Part shown: one piece after another, positions 43,801-57,672 of the stretch
Numbering within the stretch: position 1 is the first letter of the stretch
Layout of the letters: every line of letters begins with the position of its first letter
Assembly (NCBI RefSeq): GCF_009914755.1
Contig: NC_060933.1
From: the human T2T-CHM13v2.0 reference genome, Homo sapiens
Reading direction: 5' to 3' (one strand)
DNA length: 64,000 nt
Translations under genes and position numbers: made by a program
Notes under the pieces: model-generated
Database searches by the model: none
Told to the model about the DNA's origin: nothing
Seen by the model: the letters and a program-made list of their open reading frames with translations, nothing else

Positions 43801-45889
43801 TTGCAATCATAAAACCGTTATAGGTTACAATTCTGTGTACTGTAGGATGGTTAGCTGCATCTTCCATGTTGGAAGGCATCTTATGCAAATACAAAATTAT
43901 AATCACCTAAATTATAACAGCTATGAGGATATATATAGCGTTATAGGATTAGGAGTATGTATCATTGGTGTGACCATTAAAATAAATAAAACTCTGAAAT
44001 TAATTCTTATGTGTCCGTTATGTACCATGCTTTCAGTCATTCTCAAAGCAATAGTATTATGGGTAAAAGGAAGATCTGCTGTTTCAGTGAACTCATTTGT
44101 GCTCCTTATTTCAGGAGAAAATAAGCCAATAGCAACAAAAGTGTAATTACAAAGGATTGTCCACCTGCGTTATCAAATAAATACCTCAATTATCTGCATT
44201 ATTTGTTAGTGGATGTTCAAAATAGCCTTACAAATAATTAGCATTATTTCATGGTATGAAAAAACTCCTGCCCAGCACAAAAATTTGCAGGTTAAATTTT
44301 GATTCAACAACCAGTTCAAATGCCTGTTTTGAAGCAGCCACTGCACTATGTATGCCAAAACAGATTCTATAATACTCTACTTGTTACAGGGCTAACTTGG
44401 ATATGCAGCCACCTGGGTAGTTCTTCTGCTTGTCAAGCCCAGCTCAGCAGCAGCTCTGGGTTTGTTTGGAGATTCTCGAAGCCTCTTGAAAGCTGTAACT
44501 AAAGTAAGGTCAGTAGTGGAACTGAGGCAATATAGCTGATTGCATTGCATCAGAGCCCCTTGGGCTATGAGAAACCTGTGTGACTTGACAAGTTTCAAGT
44601 GATAATGAATGTGGCTGTTGAAGAGTCTGTCTAGTTTAGCCATCATTTTATCCTCAGATCTAACATAACTGCCTAGCTTATAGTTGTTGCATACATTTAC
44701 AACATACATTTGTCGAGTAAATGAATTCAGAACTAAGCAAATTGGTGGTAAGAAATGTGCAGAAAAGAAGGAAAAAAAGCTTATCCTCTGCACAAATAAG
44801 TTTTTTTTGTGTGTGAAATACTATATAAAGTTAACAAGTTTCTTTTTCACACTGGAGCATCTCAAAAATTTAGTATGACTGTGAATCCTCAGGAGAAGGA
44901 TTTAATAAAGCAGTTTCCTAAGCTTTTGTTGAGTGTAAAACACTTTGTACTCAAAATACTGATTAGCATCTTTCTGCAGTGCTTGGGCTAATGCAATTAA
45001 AGATCAGTATGACATAATATGCATAAAAAGTACTCAAGTTAAATTTTGTTTGCTACTTTTAGGGGCATGCTGTGTGTGTATCATTGCACACTGGGCCTCC
45101 ATGACAATAGAGTACATAAAATTCTTGAAATATTTGGGTGTACCTATAATATCAGTAATCTATTCTGATAATGATTGGAGTAATAAATTATTCTGTAAGC
45201 TCTGAGGTAACATAAATCCTGATCTTTAATCTGTCAAACAGTTGCAAAACCAAGTTATACAATACTGAAGAGTATAGAAACAAGCACAACGGGGCCAGGG
45301 GTTCTGTTGTGCATCTATATCCAAAATACTAGGGCAGTTTGTGAATTGCTAAATAAAAATTACTGAGTTCCATACCCCTTCCAGAATTTTTGGAGGCAGG
45401 CTGAGGGAGGCCTACAGATCTGCATTTAAAAACCATTCCAAATAACTCTAAAGCAAGGAGGTCAAAGGAGTACAGTTTGGGTAACACTTATTTAAACAAT
45501 AGCACAACATATCATTGTACTGATCAAATATATCCAGTTTTCCTAATGTAGAGTTACCCAGTTCTTACCTTTTAAACACACAACACACATATCTCCTCTG
45601 GGTTTGGATGAGATTATTGCATCCTGGGATTATGAGACAGAGATATATATCTTTAGTGGACATTGGTAGCCATTGCAGAAAACGAGTAAAGAAGGTATAA
45701 TTCAGAGTTTGCTTTGGGATCCTGTTTCACTAGTTGCACTTATTTTTAAGATTACTGTGTCAGCAAGGATTGATATTGTAGCTTGAGTTGGAAGCTGCAA
45801 GAATGGTAAGGAGGGGAGAGATGCCATCTAAGCAAGGAGGAATGGAACAAACCCCCACATCTGTCAAGTTGACAAATGGTCAGAATGGC

Positions 45890-46135
45890 TGATAGAATGG
45901 TTAGGTATGATGACTGGTGACATGGGCTCTGGACTCAAGGTACTTTAACTCTACTGGTTAATAGCTGTGGGGCCTGCTAAACTTCTCTTGGCCATAGCTG
46001 TTTCTTTTCCTTTTTAAAATGAAGATAAGAACATTGTATATCCTATAGGGTTATTTCTGAGGTTTAAATGAGATGGTTTCTATAAAATGTATAGCCCAGT
46101 TCCTGGTATATAGTAAACATTTAATGTCAGCAATT
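45890..46135 (+). mobile_element. MIR
   Basis: 'ggtttaaatgagat...cctggtatatagtaaacatttaat'. Confidence 0.65.
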
Positions 46136-46230
46136 ATTAAGTGGCAGTGGCCTCCAGCTCCTCCATTATAGTATTTGCCATCTTGATTCAATCCTGTCAG
46201 CATTGCAGATACTGTTATTAAAAATGAAAT

Positions 46231-46555
46231 GTGCCTGGCACAGTGGCTCACACCTGTAATCCCAACACTTTGGAAGGCCGAGGCGGCAGGTGGATTGCTT
46301 GAGGTCAGGAGTTTGAGACAAACCTGGCCAACATGGTGAAACACTGTCTCTACTAAAAATACAAAAAAAAGAAAAAAGAAAAAGAAAAATATTAGCTGGG
46401 CGAGGTGACGCACCTGTAGTCCTAGCTACTCAGGAGGATGTGGAATGCGAATCACTTGAACTTTGGAGGCGGAGGCTGCACTGAGCTGAGATTGCACCAC
46501 TGCACTCCAGCCTGGGCAACAGAGTGAGTGAGACTCCATCTCAAAAATAAATAAA
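46231..46555 (+). mobile_element. AluS (Sx/Sz-like)
   Basis: Full dimer whose short tail runs directly into L1 sequence. Confidence 0.9.
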
Positions 46556-47484
<929 letters not shown>

Positions 47485-48261
47485 TTATATGTTAAATATA
47501 AAAGATGAAAATATATGTACATATAAGCCTATATATATATAAAATATAAAAATCTCTAGACAGAAGAAAAATAAAATAAAATAAAAATAAAACTATATAC
47601 TCTTACATGGAGCACAGCCTTGGAGCTCAACAACTTGGGATCAAATATCAGCTATGTTCCTCACATTTACAAACTGTGTGAACTCAAGCAAGTTATTAAC
47701 CCATGTGAACCTGTTTCTTCACCTGTATGTAGGGATAGAGTACCTAAGGAAAAAAGATGGCTATCATCATTGTCATAATTTTCAGTTGCTTAAGCACTTG
47801 ACAACTTAATGTCCTTGTGGGATCAATTTAGGTGTTCCTGCATCTTTCTAAACTTTATTACATTAACTTGAGTTCATTGAAAGATTCCCTGACTTCCCAG
47901 CAGGAGCAAGAGAGTGCCCAGGCTCAGGGCCAGCTGGAGTTCCAGGATCCACCCAAGTCAGGAATGAGTGAGAATAGCAGGTAGCTCTGAGGTGTTGGGT
48001 GAAGAGGGGCCAGAATCTAAGTCTTTGGCAAGGATGAACTCAGGTAGCCAGCGATGCTTCAAAGTGTCATGACCAAGGGGAGATTGAAGAGAGAAATGCA
48101 TTCAAGAAAAAGTTTGGAAACTGGAAATACGCAAGGCCGACTGAGTGTCGCAGAGGCCTTGCCTGGAAATGTTCTCCCAGGCAGTTCTCCAGGACGGGAG
48201 GAGCCTTGCAGAAAACTGCTAGCAGAAGCCCCTGGTTGGTTAAAAAAAAAAAAAAAAAAAA

Positions 48262-48481
48262 GGCCGGGCGCGGTGGCTCAGGCCTGTAATCCCAGCACTT
48301 TGGGAGGCCAAGGCGGGTGGATCACGAGGTCAGGAGTTCAAGACCAGGCTGACTAATATGGTGAAACCCCGAATCTACTACAAATACAATAATTAGCCAG
48401 TCGTGGTGGCACACGCCTGTAATCCCAGCTATTCAGGAGGCCAAGGCAGGAGAATCACTTGAACCCAGGAGTCGGAGGTTG
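48262..48481 (+). mobile_element. AluS (Sg-like), 3'-truncated, preceded by an A20 tract
   Basis: Ends at 'gtcggaggttg' with no tail. Confidence 0.88.
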
Positions 48482-50109
48482 TATGGCACTTTGGACAATA
48501 CCTAGAAATATAAAATGTGTAAGTATTGCTCTTACGTTACATATTATATGTGAACTCATTGAGGCCAGATTCTGTGCCTAATCCAATTTTGAATCTGTGA
48601 ATCTCAGAGAGTAAATGTTTATTTAATGTCATTTGATTCCAAGAGATCAACTTTTTCATCATCCTTGTGTTTCCCATTCCCTTCTGTTTCTAGGACACTT
48701 TTCAAATATTTAGGGCTCTTTAAGGACAATTATAAGTTTCACCTAATAGGTTTTTCATATTTTAACCAGTCTGATGTTCTTTGTAATAGGAACTCAGATT
48801 TATTTTGTATTTCTAGAACAGTTACAGATCAGAATGTGTTTTCTACTTAGTAATTGTGTGTGTATTACATAGTAAGGGGAGATCTAGCAGCATATTGGAA
48901 GCTTCAGTATTTCCCACATCTATTTTGTGTTACAAAAGATTATAAGGTTCTGTGAAAATAAAAATAAAAAGAGTAACTTTTATTTTTCCACATAAATTCT
49001 TTATCATTAGTTTGATAACAACTTGAGAAAGTTAAAACTTAGCTCAAATATGGAAGTATAGCTTAGGATTGCCATGACTATGTGAAAGGATTTCTTGTAA
49101 GTTAAACCGATGTGGTATTTAGAAAGATGTATTTGTGATATCATTGGTGGAAAATGAGAAAATTTGTATGACTTAGGAAAGGAAATTAGGAAATACTTCT
49201 ACAAATCTCATCATTGTCTCTTAATTTTTAAACAAGGTAATTACAGAATAATTTAGAAACTTTTACATAAAATGTTAAACAACTGTATTATGTTACAATA
49301 TTCTGTTCAAACATCAACGTATTTCAAAACCTGTAATTTCCTTAATGAGAGAAGATTTCCTTTTCATTCTCTTAGTTGGAAGGAACACTTGGATGCAGAG
49401 GTTTAACTCTTGATAAACAGGACAGATTATACACTTGAGGACAGAATGTATAATTAGGAAACTAAATTAAAGAAGCCATCTGCTTCTTTACACCGAAGGT
49501 GGAGTGCACGGGGTCCTCTGAATTGCAACTAAAGACTAAACGTGTATGCAGCTTTATGCTCTACCTTTAGAATGGACAGAACTCTTATTGTGACAGTTGT
49601 CAGAATAGAGTTAAATGACTGGTTAAAGTCACAATATTAAATTTGGATTTAGGAAAGGTCTCATCATTCTTTTACTCTTCTTATCTTTTATATTTTTCAC
49701 TTGTCTCTATCTTAGAGTGACATCAACATCATTATTCATACATTCGCTGAAACTAGAATCTGTTTTAGAGTCTTCATTTGTTGTGCAGTCGATGTCAGAG
49801 GAAATAATGCTGTTGTTTGCAGAATTGGTATAATAATTTGCCCTCTGTTCCCTCAGATTTGGTTCTGTTTTTCCTTGTTGACTGTAATAATTTTAAAAAT
49901 AATGAAAATTTTCATTTGTTACATATTTACTCTGTTCCAGGCATGATAGGACATATATATTTTCTTCACTATGAAAATACCCCTCTCATGGTCATTCTAA
50001 ATGTAATTATCAACACTTTGACTGCAAAGAGACTTCGTGGTTGTTTCTGATTCAGGAATTTTATGTATTTTCAATGCCTTTCTCCCCCTTATGACTACTG
50101 CATTTTATA

Positions 50110-50468
50110 TATGTATGCATTTATTTATTTTTAATTGACAAGTAAAATTATATCTATTTATGGTGTATAACATGATGTTTTGTTATATGTATACATTGTG
50201 GAATGGCTAAATAAAGCTATTTAACATATGCATTATCTGAATTACTTATTTTTTGCAGTAAGAACACTTTAAATCTATTCTCCTAGCAATTTTCAAATAT
50301 ATCGTTATTAACTTTAGTCACCATGTTGTACAATAGCACCCTTGAAATAATTCCTCATATGTAATTGACAATTTTAGTCTTTTGACTAGATCTCTGGTAA
50401 CCACCATTTTATTCTCTATTTCTATGAGTTTGACTTTTTTTATACTCTACATATGAGATCATACAATG
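50110..50468 (-). mobile_element. L1MA 3' end
   Basis: 'catgatgttttgttatatgtatacattgtggaatggctaaa'. Confidence 0.8.
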
Positions 50469-50896
50469 AATACTGCATTTTAGTAGTGATTGCAGAAGAG
50501 TCCTGATAATGCTGAAGTTAATTCTAAGAGCCGTTGGCGGTACTTGTCACCTAAAGTTTTTCTTGTATACATTTTCTCAAGGGGCAGAATATCTGGAGAT
50601 TGTTCGATTTTGGCTTTTACTGTTTTTCATCCTTATAATATTGTTGGTATAATTTTATGTTTCTTATTTAAAGTTACACTTGAAAGAAAAAAATCGACGT
50701 TTTCAGAATGCTGAAACTTCTTTGTTCCTACAAGAACGTTATTTCGTCTCTACATAAATGTCAACTATTCATGTGTATTTGTTAAATAAAAATATTAATA
50801 GTTCTAGGTAAATGTAAAACTATTTGAACTTCTATAAGCATGCTTGAATTTAAAGTTTGCATTACATGTTTTGTGAGGGAGTTATAGTTGGTGGAT

Positions 50897-51260
50897 ATTT
50901 TTATTATTTTTATTATTTTTTATTATACTTTAAGTTCTGGCATACATGTGCAGAACGTGCAGGTTTGCTACATAGGTATACATGTGCCGTGGTGGTTTGC
51001 TGCACCCATCAACCCCTCATCTACATTAGCTACATAACATCTCCTAATGTTAGCTCTTCCCTAGTCCCCCACCCCCGACAGGCCCTGGTGTGTGATGCTC
51101 CCCTCCCTGTGTCCATGTGTTCTCATTGTTCAACTACCACTTATGAGTGAGAACATGTGGTGTTTGGTTTTCCGTTCTTGTGTTAGTTTGCTGAGAATGA
51201 TGGTTTCCAGTGTCATCCATGTCCCTGCAAAGGACATGAACTCATCCTTTTTTATGGCTG
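50897..51260 (-). mobile_element. L1PA5/6-like 3' end
   Basis: 'ttatactttaagttctggcatacatgtgcagaacgtgcagg', flanked by tggatatt. Confidence 0.88.
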
Positions 51261-51609
51261 GATATTATACTAATAAAAATATTGTATTTTGTGCCATGGT
51301 TTCTGCTGTCATAAGAGTGGTGTCTGAGTACAGGCCTCTTGATCCTCAACTGCTTTTCTTGTACCACTCCAAAAGTCTTAGTATTTGATAATTATGAAAT
51401 TTTTTAAAGTCACAAAATGCCATATAATAACTAAGACTCTCTGAGGAGATACTTTATAAATGAAGGAGGAGAGAGCTGTACTACCCGAGAGCCTTGATGT
51501 CTTCAGAATCAGATATAGTAGACACTGCACTGGGCAGAGTGGTTTCTCCAACTCAGTCCACTGGCAGAGGGAGCAGGGGAGCAGTGGCTTCTGTAAAGTT
51601 ATCTTCAGA

Positions 51610-52745
51610 CACAGGAAAAACAAATGATGGCAGGATATTGGATAATTTCTTAAGATACCAAAAGCACAACTATCAAGAAAGACATAGGTATATTTGACTA
51701 AAATGAAAACATTCTATATAAAAAAATAAGCAAAATGAAAAGTCAAGTCAAGACTGGAAGAACACTTTCATGCCTATAACTGACAAATAATTAGTAACCA
51801 GAATATATAAAAAGTTTTACATATTTAAAAGAGAGATAACATAACCCAGTAGAAAAATTTGCAAAGGATATATGCAGGAACTGTACAAATAATGAGACCC
51901 AAATGGTCAAAAACTATATGAAACTATAAATAACATTTTAGCTATTGAAGAAGAGAAATAAAATGGGTTACCATTTTATGCCCATATGCCTGGCCAGAAA
52001 AAAAAAGGTGAAATCAATTATTGATGAACATATGGGGAAGCAGGAACTCCCATATGTAGGTGGTGGGAGTATAAATTGCTTCACTAACTTTGCAGAGTAA
52101 TTTAGCAATGTCTAGAAAGTTGATGTATCTCCCTGGGGATTAGCAATTCTCCATCTAGGTATATACGGAGATAAGCTTTGGCATATGTGCAGAGACATGT
52201 ACAAGGATGTCTTTCGGTGATCATTTTAATAATGAAAAACTGTTAAGTAATTTAAACTGTGCACTAATAAAATAATAGATAAATACATTATGATACATTA
52301 ATAGAGTAACATCAATCAAAATAAATTTATATACATCAATGTGGATAAATATTGAAACAATGCTTTATTAAAAAGGAACTTATGGTACAGTCATACAGAA
52401 AGACATGATTCATGTAAATTTTATAATTGCCCCCAAATACTATGTACTGTTGAAGAGATGTATGCCTATTAAAAAAGGTACAAAAACATGAATGGGAAGG
52501 CTACTTAGCAACTTCATGAGGATTGTTAACACTGAGGAGGCAGGGAATTTGGATGATTAAGTGTTGATTTTGAATGTAATATTTTATTTTTTATAGAAAG
52601 ATCTGAAGCAAAAATGGCAAAATCTTGATACATGATTAACCTGGGTGCAGGGGTCTATAGGTAATTGTTATCTATGCACAGGTGACTGGTATCTAGGTAC
52701 TCTGGGTAGAATTTTTTGTGTTGAAGTAGTTTTCAATTAAAACTA
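51610..52745 (+). mobile_element. Ancient L1ME-like 3' region
   Basis: A-rich degenerate ORF2 end/3'UTR ('caggaactccc...ggtgggagtataaatt', 'gcaattctccatctaggtatata'). Confidence 0.65.
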
Positions 52746-53024
52746 AAAAAGACAAATATTGTGATAAACATCCCCATATCCCAGCTTTTGTGGTCCCTAT
52801 TAATTACTACCTCTGAATAAATCTCTTACAGTATAATTTTTAGTTTAAAGCATGAACACATTTTTCTCTTAATTCATTTTTAAACACAAGTTATTCATTT
52901 TTACTATGGAAAAACTAGAATGTAGAATTAAGGAAAAAATACATCCATAATTCTGTGATCCAGGGATTATCACTTTTAAGATCTTGTTGGGTGTAATTCC
53001 AAACATACCACATACTTAGGGGTA

Positions 53025-53029
<5 letters not shown>

Positions 53030-53087
<58 letters not shown>

Positions 53088-53156
53088 ATATATATATTTT
53101 TTAATATATATTATATATATATTTATATATATATATATTTATATATATATATTTTT
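53030..53156. repeat. (CT)n(AG)n perfect 52-bp palindrome followed by a (TA)n-rich tract
   Basis: 53030-53055 is the reverse complement of 53056-53081. Confidence 0.95.
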
Positions 53157-53658
53157 TTTACAGTACTTACATTCTTCCCAGAGTAAGCACCAGGTAACCA
53201 TCCCAGAGCTCTCTTGCAAAGCATTTTGCTTTAAGTTAAAATTTCTAAGAACCTATCAACAATGTCAAGTGAGGACTTACTTTATACACTTTTTAACCTT
53301 TTGAGTTTGGAATCATGTATTAGGTTGGTGCAAAAGTAAAAGTAATGGAGATATCTATATCTATATCTATATCTATAGATAGATATAGATAGATATATAG
53401 ATATAGATGGATAGATAGATAGATATAACTATAGATAGATAGATATGGAGATATATATATATATCTCCATTACTTTTACTTTTGCACCAACCTAATACAT
53501 GATTTCAAACTCAAAAGATTAAAAAACGTATAAAGTAAGTCCTCATTTGACATTGTTGATAGGTTCTTAGAAATTTTAACTTGAAGTAAAATGCTTTGCA
53601 AGAGAGCTCTGGGATAGTTACCTGGTGCTTACTCTGGGAAGAATGTAAGTACTGTAAA
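53157..53658. repeat. Inverted duplication with 198-bp arms around a GATA/TA microsatellite spacer
   Basis: 53157-53354 matches the reverse complement of 53461-53658 with 8 substitutions by manual alignment. Confidence 0.96.
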
Positions 53659-54220
53659 TCTTATAAACCTGTTTAACCTCACACAATCCCAAATGTCAAT
53701 TTCTATGATCTTCCAACATTGTCTCTGGAAATGGGGGAGTGGACGTGATAAGACTTTGACCAAGAACAGAAGATTTGAAGTACCATTCTTTAAGAAATGG
53801 TCCTTGAGATTTTTTTAAAAATCCAAGTCACAGATTTTTCTGGCTCATTGTCTGCCCGGGGCACAGAGAGGGCATAGTGGTGGTGTCGCTGCTGGTGGGA
53901 GTCACTGGGGAGGGGTGCAAATGGAATGCAGAGTTGTTAGAAAAAAATCTACTCTAGGACCCTGTTGCCAATTGGGCACTACAAGCACAGTGATTAGACC
54001 CAGAGCCTGTGGCATCCCAAAGGACTGTAAGCATGGAAATACATACACTTGAAAATAAAAAGAATGAGAAGTAAGCTAGAAACATCAACTATTAATTAGA
54101 AGCTGTAATTATTAATGTCAAAAGATAAATCTTTACAAATCATTTCAGAATATACAATAAATCGTGTCTTGGTAATGGAACCAAGTAGCTTGTGGACAAA
54201 AATGTGGGACTTTTTGTGTA

Positions 54221-54425
54221 CAGTAAGTCCTCCCTTAACATTGTAGATGGTTCTTGGAAACTGTGACTTTAAGCAAAATGATGCATAACAGGTTCTCGAA
54301 TATTGTCATTTTGTTCAACCTATTTCATTATAACATTGATGAGAAAAAAAAATGGTTTCATTTTTTGTTATTTTGCTTAAAGTCACAATTTCCAAGAACC
54401 TATCAACAATATCAAGTGAGGACTT
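54221..54425 (+). mobile_element. MER82-like TcMar-Tigger MITE (shortened)
   Basis: ta|cagtaagtcctcccttaac...ggttcttggaaactgtgactttaagcaaaa, with an inverted end 'ccaagaacctatcaac...gtgaggactt'. Confidence 0.75.
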
Positions 54426-54462
54426 TATACATTTTTGAATCTTTTGAGTTTGGAATCATGTA

Positions 54463-54523
54463 TTGGGTTGGTGCAAAAGTAAAAGTAATGGTGAAAACTG
54501 CAATTACTTTTACACCAACCTAA
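54463..54523. mobile_element. MADE1 (Hsmar1 MITE) with a deletion in the left arm
   Basis: ttgggttggtgcaaaagt-aaaagtaatggtgaaaactgcaattacttttacaccaacctaa. Confidence 0.85.
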
Positions 54524-57216
54524 AAATCTATATATTTAAAATTACAATAAAATTAAGAAAAACTTTAAAAAATCTTTTCTGCCCGTTATTTTACTACCCC
54601 CCACTCAAAATTAATGTGTGATGTGATATGGGGTGGGGCCTCCAAAAGTGACTGTCAATTTCAGAATAAAAGGTTTAAAACAGGGCTGTTACTGTCTCTA
54701 TTTTTGAGGGAAGTCCCACACAAATTTGATGCAATAAATCGAAAAGAAAAAATAACTTAAAAAGAAATTTAAATAACTTTAAAAAGAAGGAAAATTGGCA
54801 AAGATTGTCCAAGAGTTCTCCCCTATAATAGCACTGGGTATAGACTTTCTTATAACTGAGTTTTTAGCCAACCTTTTAAATGGGTCATTCCTATGCTACT
54901 ATAGTTATACTGTTCTTGCTCATGGAAAAAGGTGTAAGTTCTCCAATTCATTTTATAAGATAACTCTGACACAAAAACCTGATGAAGACAGCATAAGAAA
55001 AGAAACATACCTGCCAATTTCCTCTTTTCTTTGAACAGTGGAATTTTTTTTTCATAGCTCCCTTGTGCTAATATATTCTTACCCCTATTGGGGATAGAAC
55101 TCAGGTGGTTCCATTAGAGAGCCTGTGTGTTCCTGTCTGAATTTTTTATGGATGGAAATTTAGGTGCAGATTGGAAAAAAGAACAAAGAGGAGGGAAGAA
55201 GCAGATTATCAGCCCTAAAGATTGGACTTTCTTTTATTTACTATTGTTATAAGGTGGAACCCCATGGAAGTCTTCTCTGTAACACATGCATGCACACATA
55301 CCATACCCCATGCAAAACCCACATCTCTATTTGTTTTACACATTTTCACCCAGTGCAAATCTCTATAGTGGTCTTCAGTATTGTGCCCATTGCTGCTGGT
55401 CCACAAATGTTTCACGTGTTACATTTCCCACCAGCAACACAGCCAACTCTTGTTCTCAAGCTCTTACCCTTCACGCTGGGGCTTTCTCCCATTTGCTTTC
55501 CAGGTATGCTATTCTTTCTCAGTAATTCATCTCAGGTCGTTCTTTAATGGTTTCCATTAATCTGGTCCATTTTGTCTATTCTGTCAGGAACCCATTGCTG
55601 ATTTCTAATGTGTAGACTCTGTTTATACACTTTGTTGGACATTTTATTGGGAATTTTGGGGTAAGGACAGCCCTTGCCACCGTTTTGTCTGAAAGTACCT
55701 TTACAGTATTTAATTAAATAATATACCTGTACCTTTTACTAAAATTGGCTCTCAAGTTCTTTGTGTAAGAGTCCCTCTCTTTATGAAATGAGAAAATGGA
55801 GGCACTTATTTATGTTTGCAAGTACTTTTTATTGTGAAAGCAATTTGTTGGTTTTCCTTTGAGTGGAATTTCCTTCCTATAGAATTGGAGATAAAGAAAA
55901 ATGTATTTCCTCCATTTCTCCCTCATGTGACTTATGTTATACTCTTAATGCTTACTTTTGTCTTTCTTTTGCATTCCATTCAGAATAATTAACTGTCACC
56001 ATACAATTCTTCTTGCTCCTGTATAAAGAATTAGCAATGGCTCCCATGCATTTTTGAAATTCTATTTCTTATCTTTTATACCATATTACTCTCTCATAAC
56101 CAATTCTAGCTGCAAGTCTATTATGAATTATTTTATGGCCAATTTATTCTTTTCTTTCCAAAGACTAAGTATGATTTTTTTTCTGTTAAAGCTACGTGAC
56201 TGGCATTCCAATTTATAATTTTCCCAAGAATTCCTTTAATGTCCAAAGCATCTGATAAAATATATGTGGGATCACAAGCTTCCATTTGCTCCAGTACATT
56301 TTCAATTATAGATAGTGAAGTGCTTAGACCTTCTGAGCTCCCAGAACATATATAATCTCCCATAACTACTGCAAATTTCCATCTGCTTCTATCATCACTC
56401 AAACTGGGGGGTCTCAGGTGGATCAATGTGTGAGATAGTCCATGTGGGATTTTAAACTGTGTTTGTTAGAATTACAGATTGATGCCTGTCATCATTGCCC
56501 CTTGAACACATTCACAAAGAATAAAAGATCTAGTAGCCTGGTTTATTTTCTCTTCCACCCCGACACAACTACTGGAGAGGAAACATCACTGTGAGGTAGA
56601 AATGTTACAAACTCAGTGAACAGATCTGGATTTGAGTACAACTTTATTATTTATCTGGCTTTGGACAAGCTGTTTCTGAGTCTCAGTAAAATGGGATTGA
56701 TATTAGAAGTTATTATAGTCCAGAACCAGGACTATTCTGAGGATTGACAAGGTAATAAAGGAGCTAATACATTTTGAAATAGAGTGAAGTGTTACATGCT
56801 CTGACTGGTGTCGAAGTTTACATAGCAAAGATCTATAGGCCCAGATTTTAAAGGACAAGATGAGGGCTACCATTTCTCCCTCCCCCACCAACTTCCCACT
56901 CCCATCAATCCTTGTCACTTTCCCCTGTCAGCAATTCCCTGGCTCATGCTTTAAGATTGGTCTCTCTTGAAGCAGAAAATACTTTAATGTGCCTAGACTG
57001 AGGCAAGGGATGGTCTCACCCTCAGTACTGCTCTGCTTCAACCATGTTAATTTTAGAATGGAGGAGTTCAATAGGCAATTAAATATAGAAACAAGGAGAT
57101 AAGTCAGATTAAAAATTAACTGTGAGGACTTGAACCAAGGAAATACTCCCAAATAGAGAATAAGCCTTTTTGCAGTAATATGCTTATTACAGTATTCTTT
57201 ACAAAAGGACAACAAC

Positions 57217-57672
<456 letters not shown>

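Noticed and set aside
43724-44146. 140-aa ORF (and the 133-aa ORF at 44392-44793)
   Set aside because: The first starts at TTG rather than ATG. Both have the composition of random AT-rich DNA and no recognisable domain.
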